Shown: piece after piece, positions 1 to 10,151 of the stretch
How positions within the stretch are numbered: position 1 is the stretch's first letter
Layout: each line of letters begins with the position of its first letter
Origin: a bacterium
Lineage (GTDB): Bacteria > Patescibacteriota > Minisyncoccia > Minisyncoccales > CG1-02-41-26
NCBI GenBank assembly: GCA_030619905.1
Contig: JAUXAO010000003.1
Coordinates: 54,119 to 118,118, forward strand
Direction of reading: 5' to 3'
DNA length: 64,000 nucleotides
Translations under genes and position numbers: made by a program
Notes under the pieces: model-generated
The model's input: the letters and a program-made list of their open reading frames with translations, nothing else
Told to the model about the DNA's origin: nothing
Databases searched by the model: none

Positions 1-76
1 CTATCCCCAATTTGTAATGGCAATAAATAGATATAAGGTATATAATATAAGGTATAAATGAATATACAGTATAATT

Positions 77-913
77 ATGCCAGCAAAAATTCAATTTAAG
101 ACAAATATAGTAGAAAAATATAAGAATGGAGAAAGCTCTCATAAAATAGGTAAAGACGAAGGATGTAGCTATAATACTGTCCTTAGGGAGTTAAAAAGGA
201 GAGGAATAGATACAGGAAGATTTTGGACAAAAGAGGAAATAGAAAAATTAAAAGAACTTTACCCTATTGCTTCTAGAGAGAAACTATTAAAAGAATTTCC
301 CAATAGGAAAAAAGAATCTATTTCGACTATGGCTGGGAAGATAGGAATCAGGAAGATAGAACGTGAAGAAACTTGTAGAATTTGTGGAGGGAAGTTCACT
401 ATAAGATTCAAGCAAGGAAGAGAAGTTTGTTCAAAATGTGTAAAGAGACAATGGGAGCATAAGTATCCAGAAAACGGTGGAAAGAGGAAAAAACAATGGC
501 TTCAAAAGAATCCAGAGTACTTAAAGCAATACTTAAGACGCCCAGAAGTTAGAAAACACATGAATAGGTATCAAAGACAATTAAGGAAGGAAAGCCCTAA
601 ATATCACCTTGATTGCAATATGGGAGTTGCTATTTATGGATCTTTAAAAAGCAAAAAGGCAGGTAGAAGATGGGAAACTTTGGTTAATTATATCCTTAAA
701 GATTTAATGAAGCATTTAGAAAGACAATTTGATAAAAATATGACTTGGGAAAACTATGGTAGTTATTGGCATGTGGACCATATTAAGCCGAGAAGTCTGT
801 TTATATATACTTTTCCGGAAGATCCTGAATTCAAAAAATGCTGGGCTCTAGAAAATTTACAGCCTTTAGAAAGAATTGCGAATTTTAAAAAGAGTAACAC
901 TTTTAGGTTATAA
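77..913 (+). CDS. HNH-family endonuclease with N-terminal HTH/Myb-like modules and a zinc ribbon
   Basis: 278-aa ORF. C-terminal HNH signature YWHVDHIKPRS...ENLQPLERIANFKKSN. Central CRICGGKF...CSKC. N-terminal HTH-like SSHKIGKDEGCSYNTVLRELKRRGI and WTKEEIEKLKELYP. Confidence 0.7.
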   Translation: MPAKIQFKTNIVEKYKNGESSHKIGKDEGCSYNTVLRELKRRGIDTGRFWTKEEIEKLKELYPIASREKLLKEFPNRKKESISTMAGKIGIRKIEREETCRICGGKFTIRFKQGREVCSKCVKRQWEHKYPENGGKRKKQWLQKNPEYLKQYLRRPEVRKHMNRYQRQLRKESPKYHLDCNMGVAIYGSLKSKKAGRRWETLVNYILKDLMKHLERQFDKNMTWENYGSYWHVDHIKPRSLFIYTFPEDPEFKKCWALENLQPLERIANFKKSNTFRL

Positions 914-966
914 CCGTCTTCATAATATAGGGGTATCTTTCTCTCAATATCGTATTTCACCTTATT

Positions 967-1632
967 ATGGAGGATTATCAAGTTATCCAAAAAATTAAAA
1001 AACTTCAGCAGATCAAACCCAGAAAGGACTGGGTTGTTTTTAGTAAAAATGAGATTTTAGGCCCTGAATTAAAGGAAAAAACACCTTTATTCTCCTGGTT
1101 TATTCCTTCTTTCAGAAAACCAGCCCTTGTTTTCAGCTCAATATTATTGATAGCTGTAGCTTTAACAGGGGTTTTCCTTTATTTAAATCCTCAAGATTCC
1201 CAGATAGTTTCTAATGACACTGAAGTTCTTGCTTCTCTTCAGGGCCTTGAGACAAGATTAAAAGAGATAAATTCATCTTTAGACAATTTAAAAAATATGA
1301 AAGACCAGAGTCAGGCTTTAGTAATGACGGAAATAGTAAAAGCAACAGCCAGAGAAGGAGAAAGAGTGGTAAATGACTTTAAAAAGTCTAAAAAACCTTT
1401 GTCAAACGAGGTTTTAGCCAGTTTGGACGGAGTCGAAGGCCTTTCCAAAGAATTAACTGAGACAAGCGGCATTTTGCAAAAAGAGATATTTGAAGATTAT
1501 CTGGAATTCTTAAAACAAAGAACTTTAAGCGAAGAAGACCAGAATCGTTTGCAAAAAGTAGAAGAATACTATAATGAAGGGAGGGAGGCTGACGCCTTGC
1601 TTCTAATAACGCTTATAGGAAAAACCAATTAG
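967..1632 (+). CDS. Single-pass membrane protein with extracytoplasmic coiled-coil region, function unknown
   Basis: 221-aa ORF. One hydrophobic helix (PALVFSSILLIAVALTGVFLYL) followed by heptad-like helical sequence. No catalytic motif recognised. Confidence 0.5.
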   Translation: MEDYQVIQKIKKLQQIKPRKDWVVFSKNEILGPELKEKTPLFSWFIPSFRKPALVFSSILLIAVALTGVFLYLNPQDSQIVSNDTEVLASLQGLETRLKEINSSLDNLKNMKDQSQALVMTEIVKATAREGERVVNDFKKSKKPLSNEVLASLDGVEGLSKELTETSGILQKEIFEDYLEFLKQRTLSEEDQNRLQKVEEYYNEGREADALLLITLIGKTN

Positions 1633-1722
1633 AAAAACGAATAGAGAAAAACGGCCGTTGCTTTCTTGTTTTGAAAGATTAATTAACAAAAAAAGAAAGG
1701 TCGACAACGGCAATTTGTAAGT

Positions 1723-1740
1723 CCGCAAAGCAATTTGCGG
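1723..1740 (+). promoter_or_regulatory. Hairpin with GNRA-type loop in the 5' leader of the surface-protein gene
   Basis: ccgcaaa-gcaa-tttgcgg is a perfect 7-bp stem. It is flanked by the direct 9-mers aaaggtcga at 1696-1704 and 1743-1751. Confidence 0.3.
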
Positions 1741-1783
1741 GTAAAGGTCGAAAAAAAATAAAGTAAGAAAAGAAAAGAAAAAA

Positions 1784-4700
1784 ATGACTAATTTAATGAA
1801 AAAAATTGTAGCAATTGCTACAGGATTGACTTTCGCAGCAATGCTTTTCCCGGTTGTACCGGTTCAAGCATTAACTGCTGAAGAACTTCAAGAACAGATT
1901 GAGGCTTTACAAGCAGATTTAGATGAACTACTCGCTCAATTAGCTGAACTTACAGGCGAAGAGGAAGAAGAGGAAGTTGAATGCTCCTGTACTTTCACCA
2001 GAAGTCTTTATCCTGGTGTATCAAGAGGCGATGATGTAAAATGTTTGCAGGAATATCTCAATGACTCAGGACATACCTTAGCTGAGTCAGGTGCTGGCTC
2101 TCCTGGTTCAGAAACCACTTATTTTGGTTCTTTAACCAGAGCAGCCGTTAAGGTCTGGCAAGATGCTAATGATGTAGAGTATGGTGATTGGTGGGGCTAT
2201 TTTGGTCCTATTTCTCAAGCCAAATATGATACAACTTGCGCAGTAGGCGAACAAGAAGAAGAAGAAGAAGAGGAAGAAGTTGGAGAAGGTCTGACAGTAG
2301 CTTTGGCTGATGACAATCCAGGCGCAACAACAATTGTTGCTGATTCAACTGGCACTGCAGATAGTGCTCAGTCAATGATTCCTTTCTTAAAAGTTAAACT
2401 CACTAACGGTGATGAATCTGAGGTTAAAATTACTCAGATTAACTTCAAGAGAAGTGGAATTTCCTCTGATTCTGATACTTCCCAGGCCTATCTTTACGAA
2501 GGCGACACTCTTTTAGCTGATTACAGTTCATATTCAGATGCTGTTTTGACTTTCTCAAAATCAGCTGGATTAGTTACTATTCCTGCTGGCGAGTCAAAAA
2601 CAGTTACTTTGAAATGTGACTTAGTCAATGATGCTAGCTCTGGAAAAACCATTCGCTTTAGTGTTGATTCAGCTGATGATGTTGTTTCTGACGCTTCATC
2701 TGTCAATGGCACTTTTACCTTAATGGGCAATTATATGTCAACAGCCGTGACAACTGATGTTGGTCAGTTGACTGTGGCTACCACCACAGCGGCTGGAGGA
2801 ACTGTTGATCCTCAGGATGGTCTTGAGATATATAATCTCAACCTGACTGGGTCTGACCAAAAGTTGGAAGTTCGGAAGATAAAATTCACTAACATTGGTT
2901 CAACCGCTGCTAGTGACTTACAGAACTTCAAACTTTATGATGGTGGAACCCAGATAGGAGACACTATTGAAGAGATGGAGGCTGATAAGACAGTAACCTT
3001 TGACTTAACTGACAGCCCGCTTGTTATTGATAAAGGTGTGACCAAGAATCTTCATCTTAAGGCAGATATTGTTTCAGGAACAGACAGAACATTCCAATTT
3101 AGTGTTCAAGAAATGACTGATATTTCAGTTTATGATACTGGATATGGAATTTATATTAAGCCGAACAAGGCAGATTCCTGGACAGTATTTAAGATGACTG
3201 CATCTACCATTAACACTGGTAAGTTGACTATGACTAGATCTGCTACTTCACCTTCAACAAATGTAGCCTTAGGTGCTACCAATGTTACTGTAGCTGAGTT
3301 TGATCTTAAAGCTACTGGTGAAGACACTAAGATTACAACAATGGTTGTTAGGGTATATGGAACTATTACTACGGATGACTTATATCAAGGTAAGATTTAT
3401 TTTGACGGATCTCAAAAATCTACTACTGATACTGAGTTTGACAGTAATGCTACGGATGTTAGTACTGATGAGAATAGCTTTACTTTCGGCAACACCTTTA
3501 TTGTTCCGGCTGACGGCACTGTTTACAGCTTAAAGATTATATCTGATATAAAGAAGGGAACGAGTCTAGCATCTGATGCTGGTGAAAACTTTACTATTAA
3601 GATTAGTTCAATCACTGCTGTAGGAAAAACTTCTTTAGCAACTGTAAGCGTTGGTACAGTTACTGGTCATCAATTGACTATTACTTCAGGTACTTTATCA
3701 GCTGCCAAGAACGAGGCCTATCCTAACTGGACATCTGCTAACTCAACTGGAGTAGCCGGAGCAACTGAAGCTTTAGTTGGTTCATTTGTAGTAACAGCTG
3801 GTGCTTCTGAAGGTGCTGACATCACTTCTCTTAAAATGAGATATAGCACTACTACCAATAGTACTCTTCAGAATATGAAGCTTTACAGTGGCACCAAAGA
3901 GTCAGGAACTCAGATTGGTTCAACCTTAGGCACATTTTCAGCTAGTGCAAGTGCAGGTACCAACGAGTACACTTTCTACCCATCACCTTATATTAGCTTA
4001 GCAGCTGGTACACAGTTTGTTTTGAATGTTTATGCTGATATTTTGACTGGTGCTCCATCAACTGATCAGGGAACTAGCACTTTATGTGAGGTTAATGGTG
4101 TTGGTAAGGTAACAGCAAGTTCTGTTAACTACCAGATTGACGCAGATGGCCAAACCATTTATATTGCTGGTGCTGGATCGATTGCTTTAACTGAAGATTC
4201 TTCTTCTCCAGTGAGCGATATAGTAATAATGGGAGGTACTGAACAAACTTTTGCTGTCTTCAAGTATTCAGCCAGTACTTCAGCTGAAAACATAAAGATT
4301 ACCAGTATTGTTGCTACAACTACTGCGACTTTGAATTCTGATATTAAAAATATCAAATTAGTAGGAAATGGGCTTGATGCAAGTATTGCTTCTTTGGATT
4401 CAAGTGGTGTTGCTACCTTTAATTTAGCGAGTAATCCTTGGATTATTACAGCTGGAATAGAAGAAAAAGTAACGATTAAAGCAGATATTGGAACTTATGG
4501 TTATGCTGCATCTGGAGATACCGTACTGTTTGCAATTGCAACAACTACTTATGAGGGAGCAATAAGCGGAGGTTCAACTAGTACTGTTGCTGCGGCCAAC
4601 TTGAAAGAAGCTGGCGGTACGATGACAATTTACAGGACTAGACCTACTGTTACTTTTGTTGGTCCTACAAGCGGTAGTTTGACTGATGGAACTAAAACCT

Positions 4701-5215
4701 TATTAGAGTTTAAGGTGACAGCTGATGCTGGACAGGATGTAAATATTTACAGTTTCAACTTTGGCATTACTCTTTCTGATATAGCTACAACTACTGGCAA
4801 CCTTCATATAGAGGATATTACTCTCTATGATAAAGCTCTTCCGAGCACGGCTATAAGTACCTATGTATCTACTTCTAGTGCCTCCGGAGCTTATGGTACC
4901 GGTGTTCTAACAGCTAATTCTGATTTCGGTAAGAACAAAACTGCCGTTTCACTCACAGGTGATATTGAGTTGTATGATGCTGCTGCTACCAGTACGCTTA
5001 CACTTATGGATGTTGTTTCAGTCGGTACAACTGTTACCTATGTAGTTAAAGCTGCGGTTTCTGGTTCTGCTTCAATAGGTGACTCTATTACTATGCGTTT
5101 GTCTGACTACGCTACTGATAATAACGCTTTGAGATGGGGTGACCAAACAAATACTGGTATTACCTCTGTTTATGTTAAGACAGTACCAACTGATTATTCT
5201 TCTCTAAGTAGGTAA
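1784..5215 (+). CDS. Large secreted cell-surface (S-layer-like) protein: signal peptide, coiled coil, PG_binding_1 domain, about six Thr/Ser-rich beta-type repeats
   Basis: 1143-aa ORF. N-terminal signal-like KKIVAIATGLTFAAMLFPVVPVQA. PG-binding-like CTFTRSLYPGVSRGDDVKCLQEYL...YFGSLTRAAVKVWQ bracketed by poly-Glu linkers. Recurrent motif every ~155 aa (I.I..I.F....L.N.KLYDG..IG), e.g. LEVRKIKFTNIGSTAASDLQNFKLYDGGTQIG and ADITSLKMRYSTTTNSTLQNMKLYSGTKESGTQIG. Confidence 0.75.
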   Translation: MTNLMKKIVAIATGLTFAAMLFPVVPVQALTAEELQEQIEALQADLDELLAQLAELTGEEEEEEVECSCTFTRSLYPGVSRGDDVKCLQEYLNDSGHTLAESGAGSPGSETTYFGSLTRAAVKVWQDANDVEYGDWWGYFGPISQAKYDTTCAVGEQEEEEEEEEVGEGLTVALADDNPGATTIVADSTGTADSAQSMIPFLKVKLTNGDESEVKITQINFKRSGISSDSDTSQAYLYEGDTLLADYSSYSDAVLTFSKSAGLVTIPAGESKTVTLKCDLVNDASSGKTIRFSVDSADDVVSDASSVNGTFTLMGNYMSTAVTTDVGQLTVATTTAAGGTVDPQDGLEIYNLNLTGSDQKLEVRKIKFTNIGSTAASDLQNFKLYDGGTQIGDTIEEMEADKTVTFDLTDSPLVIDKGVTKNLHLKADIVSGTDRTFQFSVQEMTDISVYDTGYGIYIKPNKADSWTVFKMTASTINTGKLTMTRSATSPSTNVALGATNVTVAEFDLKATGEDTKITTMVVRVYGTITTDDLYQGKIYFDGSQKSTTDTEFDSNATDVSTDENSFTFGNTFIVPADGTVYSLKIISDIKKGTSLASDAGENFTIKISSITAVGKTSLATVSVGTVTGHQLTITSGTLSAAKNEAYPNWTSANSTGVAGATEALVGSFVVTAGASEGADITSLKMRYSTTTNSTLQNMKLYSGTKESGTQIGSTLGTFSASASAGTNEYTFYPSPYISLAAGTQFVLNVYADILTGAPSTDQGTSTLCEVNGVGKVTASSVNYQIDADGQTIYIAGAGSIALTEDSSSPVSDIVIMGGTEQTFAVFKYSASTSAENIKITSIVATTTATLNSDIKNIKLVGNGLDASIASLDSSGVATFNLASNPWIITAGIEEKVTIKADIGTYGYAASGDTVLFAIATTTYEGAISGGSTSTVAAANLKEAGGTMTIYRTRPTVTFVGPTSGSLTDGTKTLLEFKVTADAGQDVNIYSFNFGITLSDIATTTGNLHIEDITLYDKALPSTAISTYVSTSSASGAYGTGVLTANSDFGKNKTAVSLTGDIELYDAAATSTLTLMDVVSVGTTVTYVVKAAVSGSASIGDSITMRLSDYATDNNALRWGDQTNTGITSVYVKTVPTDYSSLSR

Positions 5216-5265
5216 TTCTGAATAGACCTGCGTCTCTCCTTGCGTGGAGATTGAGCGGGAGTTTC

Positions 5266-5291
5266 AAAAACCGCCCTTCAAGGCGGTTTTT
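5266..5291 (+). terminator. Rho-independent terminator after the surface-protein gene
   Basis: aaaaaccgcc-cttcaa-ggcggttttt: a GC stem followed by a T-run, about 50 nt after the stop codon. Confidence 0.8.
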
Positions 5292-5333
5292 GGATTTTAT
5301 CTTTTAAAAATTTTATGCTAAAATAAAAAAATT

Positions 5334-7034
5334 ATGTCCAGCAAACTCAACAAAAAACTCATTTTGATTTCAGTCCTGATATTTTTCTTGTCTCCAGTTT
5401 TTGTTTTGGCTGATGCTGAGGACCAAGTGAAAACTTTTTTTGTTAATTCTTCCTTTGATTTAGGAGGAAAAGAACAAATTTCAGCTACTTTGGAAAAAGT
5501 TTCTCAAGATGCCTATTTCTATATAGAAAATGAGTGGTATCAAAATTTAAACAAAAATGAAAAAGAAACAATAGAACAGAGCTTAAAAATCTTGGCTCAG
5601 GAATTTGACCAAACAATTTATCCAATTTTAACTTCAACTCATGGACAAGAATGGAAACCTGGCATTGATGGCGACAAACATATTACTATTTTGTTTCACC
5701 AGATGAAAGAAGACGCCGGAGGGTATTTTAACAGCGGCGACGAATATCCAACTGTGCAAAGTCCAACGTCAAACCAGAGAGAAATGATTTATCTCAACGC
5801 TGCTCACTTAAAATACGAAGTTATTAAGAGTTATGTGGCTCATGAATTTGTTCATCTTATTACTTTTAATCAAAAAGAACGACTCAGGGGAGTTTCTGAA
5901 GAGATCTGGCTGAATGAAGCTAGGGCTGATTTCGCCCCGACCCTTCTCGGCTACGATGAGGAGTATCAGGGAAGCAATCTTCAGCAAAGAGTAAGGCAAT
6001 TTGTTGCAAGTCCAAATGATTCTTTAACTGAATGGCAGAATGAAAAAAAAGATTACGGAATGGTTAATATTTTTAGCCAATATTTAGTTGACCATTATGG
6101 AATTGAAATCTTAGCTGACTCTCTAAAGTCTTCAAAAATAGGAATTTTATCAATCAATGAAGCCTTAAAGAAAAATAACATTGAAAAAGATTTTTCCCAG
6201 ATTTTTACTGACTGGACGATATCTGTTTTTCTTAATGATTGTTCTTTAGGAGAAGAGTATTGCTACAAAAACCAAAATTTGAAAAATCTTAAAGTTACTC
6301 CTTCTTTAATATTTTTGCCCTCCACTCAAAAAACCAGTGTTTCTTTGGATTATTTTATTAAACAATGGTCAGGCAACTGGTATAGGATTATCGGAGGAGA
6401 AGGGGATTTTAAACTGGAGTTTGATGGAGAAAATAAGGTTCAGTTTGAAGTTCCTTATGTTCTCTGTCAGAATGCTCAAGATTGCTCAATTGATTTTTTA
6501 GATCTAAATGAAAAACAGGATGGAGAAATTTTTCTTGAGGATTTTGGCAGTAACTGGACCAGCTTAACCTTAATTTCCTCAATTCAATCAAAAACTTTTG
6601 GCTTTGACGGACGGGAAACTTCTTATTCTTTTTCCCTTTCTGTTTCAGTTGAGAATCAAGAAAAAGAAGAGAAATTAATAGAGGAACTTATGGCAAGAAT
6701 TACTGAACTTCAAGCCCAGATTGCTGAACTCAAGGCCAAAATTGCTGGTATTTTAGGAGAACAAGTCTCTTGCCAGAAATTTAATCAGAATCTTTATTTC
6801 GGAATGGAAAATGAACAAGTCAGATGTCTGCAGGAATTTTTAAAGGAGCAAGGAAAAGAAATCTACCCCCAAGGTTTAGTTACTGGTTATTTCGGTCCTT
6901 TAACTCAAGCCGCAGTTATTCGATTTCAAGAAAGATATGCTGAGGAAATTTTATATCCTCTGAGTTTGAATTCAGGCACTGGTTTTGTCGGTCCTTCCAC
7001 CAGGGATAAAATAAATCAAATGTTAAATCTATGA
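5334..7034 (+). CDS. Secreted putative zinc metalloprotease (HExxH) with C-terminal coiled coil and PG_binding_1 domain
   Basis: 566-aa ORF. Signal-like KKLILISVLIFFLSPVFVLADA. HEFVH at nt 5841-5855. C-terminus ITELQAQIAELKAKIAGILGEQVSCQKFNQNLYFGMENEQVRCLQEFL...YFGPLTQAAVIRFQ. Confidence 0.65.
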   Translation: MSSKLNKKLILISVLIFFLSPVFVLADAEDQVKTFFVNSSFDLGGKEQISATLEKVSQDAYFYIENEWYQNLNKNEKETIEQSLKILAQEFDQTIYPILTSTHGQEWKPGIDGDKHITILFHQMKEDAGGYFNSGDEYPTVQSPTSNQREMIYLNAAHLKYEVIKSYVAHEFVHLITFNQKERLRGVSEEIWLNEARADFAPTLLGYDEEYQGSNLQQRVRQFVASPNDSLTEWQNEKKDYGMVNIFSQYLVDHYGIEILADSLKSSKIGILSINEALKKNNIEKDFSQIFTDWTISVFLNDCSLGEEYCYKNQNLKNLKVTPSLIFLPSTQKTSVSLDYFIKQWSGNWYRIIGGEGDFKLEFDGENKVQFEVPYVLCQNAQDCSIDFLDLNEKQDGEIFLEDFGSNWTSLTLISSIQSKTFGFDGRETSYSFSLSVSVENQEKEEKLIEELMARITELQAQIAELKAKIAGILGEQVSCQKFNQNLYFGMENEQVRCLQEFLKEQGKEIYPQGLVTGYFGPLTQAAVIRFQERYAEEILYPLSLNSGTGFVGPSTRDKINQMLNL

Positions 7035-7729
7035 AAAACATCAAAGCAGTAATATTAGCCGGAGGGCTGGGAACGCGGCTTTATCCAATAACCTATGAGA
7101 TTCCCAAACCTCTCCTACGAATAAAGAAAAAACCAATTATAAATTATTTGGTAGATCTTTTTTTGAAAGCAGGCGTTAAAGAAATAGGTATTTTAATTAG
7201 TGAAAATTTTGAAGGAGATTTTATCTGGTGGAAGAAAAGATATTACCCTAAAAAGAAGATTAAGTTTTTTAAAGAGAAGAAACCATTAGGAACCTTAGGT
7301 GGTCTTCATTATTTAAAAAAATGGATTTCAAAAAACTCGTTTTTCTTTACCAATGGAGATGAATTAAAAAAGATTGATTTAAAGAAAATGAGAGATTTTC
7401 ATCGAAGGAAACAAGTCTTGGCAACTATTGCTCTGGTGAAAGTCAAAAATCCTCAAGATTATGGAGTGGTAATTTGTAAAAGTGGGATAGTCCAGAAATT
7501 CTTGGAAAAACCAAAGAATCCCCCATCAAAATATATTAATTCCGGCTTATATATTTTTTCGCCAAAGATTTTTGATTATCATCCAGGCCCTAAATTTTCC
7601 ATGATAGAAACTAATCTTTTCCCAAAGTTAGCTGAAGAAAACAAATTAGCCGGATTTAAGTTTAACGGTAAATGGACTGATTGCGGTACGTGGCAGCGCT
7701 ATGAGAAAGCCATAAAAAACTGGCGTTAA
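7031..7729 (+). CDS. Sugar-1-phosphate nucleotidylyltransferase (NTP_transferase family)
   Basis: N-terminal KAVILAGGLGTRLYPITYEIPKPLL motif. ATGA overlap with the upstream gene. Confidence 0.8.
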   Translation: MKNIKAVILAGGLGTRLYPITYEIPKPLLRIKKKPIINYLVDLFLKAGVKEIGILISENFEGDFIWWKKRYYPKKKIKFFKEKKPLGTLGGLHYLKKWISKNSFFFTNGDELKKIDLKKMRDFHRRKQVLATIALVKVKNPQDYGVVICKSGIVQKFLEKPKNPPSKYINSGLYIFSPKIFDYHPGPKFSMIETNLFPKLAEENKLAGFKFNGKWTDCGTWQRYEKAIKNWR

Positions 7730-7736
7730 TAAATAT

Positions 7737-8666
7737 ATGTCTAAAATATTAATAACCGGGGGAGCGGGTTTTATCGGTTCCCATCTTACCGACAAGTTAA
7801 TAGAACGAGGTCATCAAGTAGTAGTGGTTGATAATTTATCCAGCGGAAAAAAGGAAAATCTAAATCCCAAAGCCAAATTTTATGAGGTGGATATTTGTGA
7901 TTCCGAAATTTCTCAGATTTTCCAAGAGGAAAAACCAGAAATTGTTTTTCATTTTGCTGCTCAAATTGATGTTCGTAAGTCAGTAAAAGATCCTATTAAA
8001 GACGCAGAAATCAACATCCTTGGCTCCCTAAATCTAATTCAAAACTTTATCCAATTTCCAGCTTCAAATTCCCAAGACAAAAACTTTGTTTTTGCGTCAT
8101 CAGGCGGCGCTATCTATGGCGATACAGATGTTACCCCTACTCCAGAAACCCATCTGGAGAACCCGGAATCGCCTTATGGAATTACTAAATTAACTGTTGA
8201 AAAATATCTTTACTTTTATAGAAAAACCTTTCGTTTAAACTATACTGCCTTACGGCTTGCTAATATTTATGGTCCTCGCCAAAATTTCAAAGGAGAAGCA
8301 GGAGTAATAGCTGTTTTTTGCAATAAGATGCTGAAAGATGAACAGGCGATAATTAATGGTGAGGGTGAACAGACCAGAGATTTTGTTTATGTTGATGATG
8401 TGGTTGAGGCAGCTCTTTTAGCAATGGAAAAAGAAAAAAGCGGTATTTATAATATTGGGACTGCTAAAGAAACAAATATTAATGAAATCTTTAGGAAAAT
8501 TAAAGAACTAACCAATTCTAACTGTAAAAAAATTCACGGTCCAGCAAAACCAGGAGAACAGAAAAGAAGTTGTCTTGATTATTCCAAAGCAAAAGAAGAA
8601 CTTAACTGGCAGCCGAAATATAATTTGGAAGATGGGTTAAAAGAAACAATAGAATGGTTTAAGTAA
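7737..8666 (+). CDS. NAD-dependent NDP-sugar epimerase (GalE-like extended SDR)
   Basis: ILITGGAGFIGSHL Rossmann motif and the catalytic YGITK (YxxxK) motif. 309 aa. Confidence 0.75.
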   Translation: MSKILITGGAGFIGSHLTDKLIERGHQVVVVDNLSSGKKENLNPKAKFYEVDICDSEISQIFQEEKPEIVFHFAAQIDVRKSVKDPIKDAEINILGSLNLIQNFIQFPASNSQDKNFVFASSGGAIYGDTDVTPTPETHLENPESPYGITKLTVEKYLYFYRKTFRLNYTALRLANIYGPRQNFKGEAGVIAVFCNKMLKDEQAIINGEGEQTRDFVYVDDVVEAALLAMEKEKSGIYNIGTAKETNINEIFRKIKELTNSNCKKIHGPAKPGEQKRSCLDYSKAKEELNWQPKYNLEDGLKETIEWFK

Positions 8667-8667
8667 A

Positions 8668-10146
8668 ATGGATATTAAAAACACAATCAGAAATATTATT
8701 TCCGATCCGGGTGCTTTTTTTCTGAAAAACTTAGGAACTAAGCAAACCCTTGCCAAGAATACTTTTTGGCTGGCTGTAGCTGAAGGAGTAACTAGATTTT
8801 TAAAGCTGTTTTTGATCATTTATGTTGCCCGGATTTTGGGAGCTACTGAATACGGAAAATTCACTTTTGCTTTGGCTTTTGTAAGTTTATTCGCTATTTT
8901 TTCTGACTTTGGCATTTCTTCCATTGCTACCCGCGAAATTGCCAGGGAAAAAGAGAGAGAAAAGGATTTTCCGGCTCTTCTTTCCTTAAAACTTGTTTTA
9001 AGTATAGGAACCTTAATTTTAATTTGTCTTGGTTCCTTTTTTATTACTCTTGACCCAATAATCCGGGGAATGATCTGGATTTTAGGAATTTATATTATAG
9101 TAAGCGGTTTTTCAGGGATTATTTACGCTTTCTTCCAAGCCCGCCAGAAAATGGAATATCAGGCTTGGGCTAAGATTTTACAGGCAATAGCCGTAACTGG
9201 AGCGGGATTTTTTGTTCTTTTCAATTTTCCTTCGGTTAAGAATTTAAGTTTAAGTTATTTATTTGCCAGTTTAGTTGCTTTAATATTTATTTTGTTATTA
9301 TTTCACTTCAAGGTTTGTCAATTGAAAATATCTTTTAATAGTATTATTTGGCGGAATGTTTTATTAATGTCTTGGCCTTTAGCTTTAGGAGGGGCTATGG
9401 GCTCAATTTGCGCCAGCACTGATTCAATAATGATGGGCTATTGGGGACAAATTACTCAAACTGGTTGGTATAATGCTGCTCAGAGAATTGTGGCAGTTGC
9501 TTTTATTCCCACTAGTCTAATTGCCTCAAGTTTTTTTCCAGCCCTGAGTAAATTTTTTGGCCAGTCAAAAGAAAAATTCCAGAAAAGCTGGAATTATTTT
9601 ATGGAGGTAATGATTCTTCTGGCTGTTCCTTTGGTGATTGGCGGTATTGTTTTAGCCCCAAAGATTATTAACTTTGTTTACGATCCAAGCTATTTGTATG
9701 CTGTTCTGGCTTTTCAAATTTTGATAGTAACCGGCGGAGTTGCAATTCTAAGTGGTCCTTTTAGCCAGGCCTTAGTTGTTTCAAATCAGCAGAAAAAAAC
9801 TTTTTGGATCGTTCTTTTTGGAGCAGTTCTCAATGTAATTTTAAACTTGATTTTAATTCCTAAATATTCTCTCTATGGTGCTGCTTTGACTAGTTTGACA
9901 GCCAGTATTTTAATGTTGTTCTTGCTTTTTAAATTTACCTCAAAATTCACTCACATTCAGCCAATTAATTTAAGATTAATTTTCTTTTTTCTTATAGCTT
10001 TCATTTCTAGCATTATAATGTATTTAGTAATTTCCTTTCCTGATGTTTATAATCTTTATATTATTTATATTATTTTAATCGGTATTTTAGTTTATCTCCC
10101 CACTTTCTTTATATTAAAAAAGGTGTTAAAGTATTTTATTAAGTAA
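8668..10146 (+). CDS. wzx: Oligosaccharide/polysaccharide flippase, MOP superfamily (Wzx-like)
   Basis: 492 aa, about 12-14 hydrophobic helices, typical Wzx N-terminus ([31 protein letters not shown]). Located in the glycan locus. Confidence 0.8.
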   Translation: MDIKNTIRNIISDPGAFFLKNLGTKQTLAKNTFWLAVAEGVTRFLKLFLIIYVARILGATEYGKFTFALAFVSLFAIFSDFGISSIATREIAREKEREKDFPALLSLKLVLSIGTLILICLGSFFITLDPIIRGMIWILGIYIIVSGFSGIIYAFFQARQKMEYQAWAKILQAIAVTGAGFFVLFNFPSVKNLSLSYLFASLVALIFILLLFHFKVCQLKISFNSIIWRNVLLMSWPLALGGAMGSICASTDSIMMGYWGQITQTGWYNAAQRIVAVAFIPTSLIASSFFPALSKFFGQSKEKFQKSWNYFMEVMILLAVPLVIGGIVLAPKIINFVYDPSYLYAVLAFQILIVTGGVAILSGPFSQALVVSNQQKKTFWIVLFGAVLNVILNLILIPKYSLYGAALTSLTASILMLFLLFKFTSKFTHIQPINLRLIFFFLIAFISSIIMYLVISFPDVYNLYIIYIILIGILVYLPTFFILKKVLKYFIK

Positions 10147-10151
10147 TCTAT

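Noticed and set aside
2521-2730. Many short antisense or alternative-frame ORFs inside long genes (e.g. 2521-2730, 3300-3533, 12989-13291, 17919-18209, 20194-20469, 23066-23260, 27090-27371, 31959-32195, 41521-41814, 44834-45049)
   Set aside because: They are fully nested in genes with strong homology-type evidence. This is the typical shadow-ORF behaviour of AT-rich sequence.
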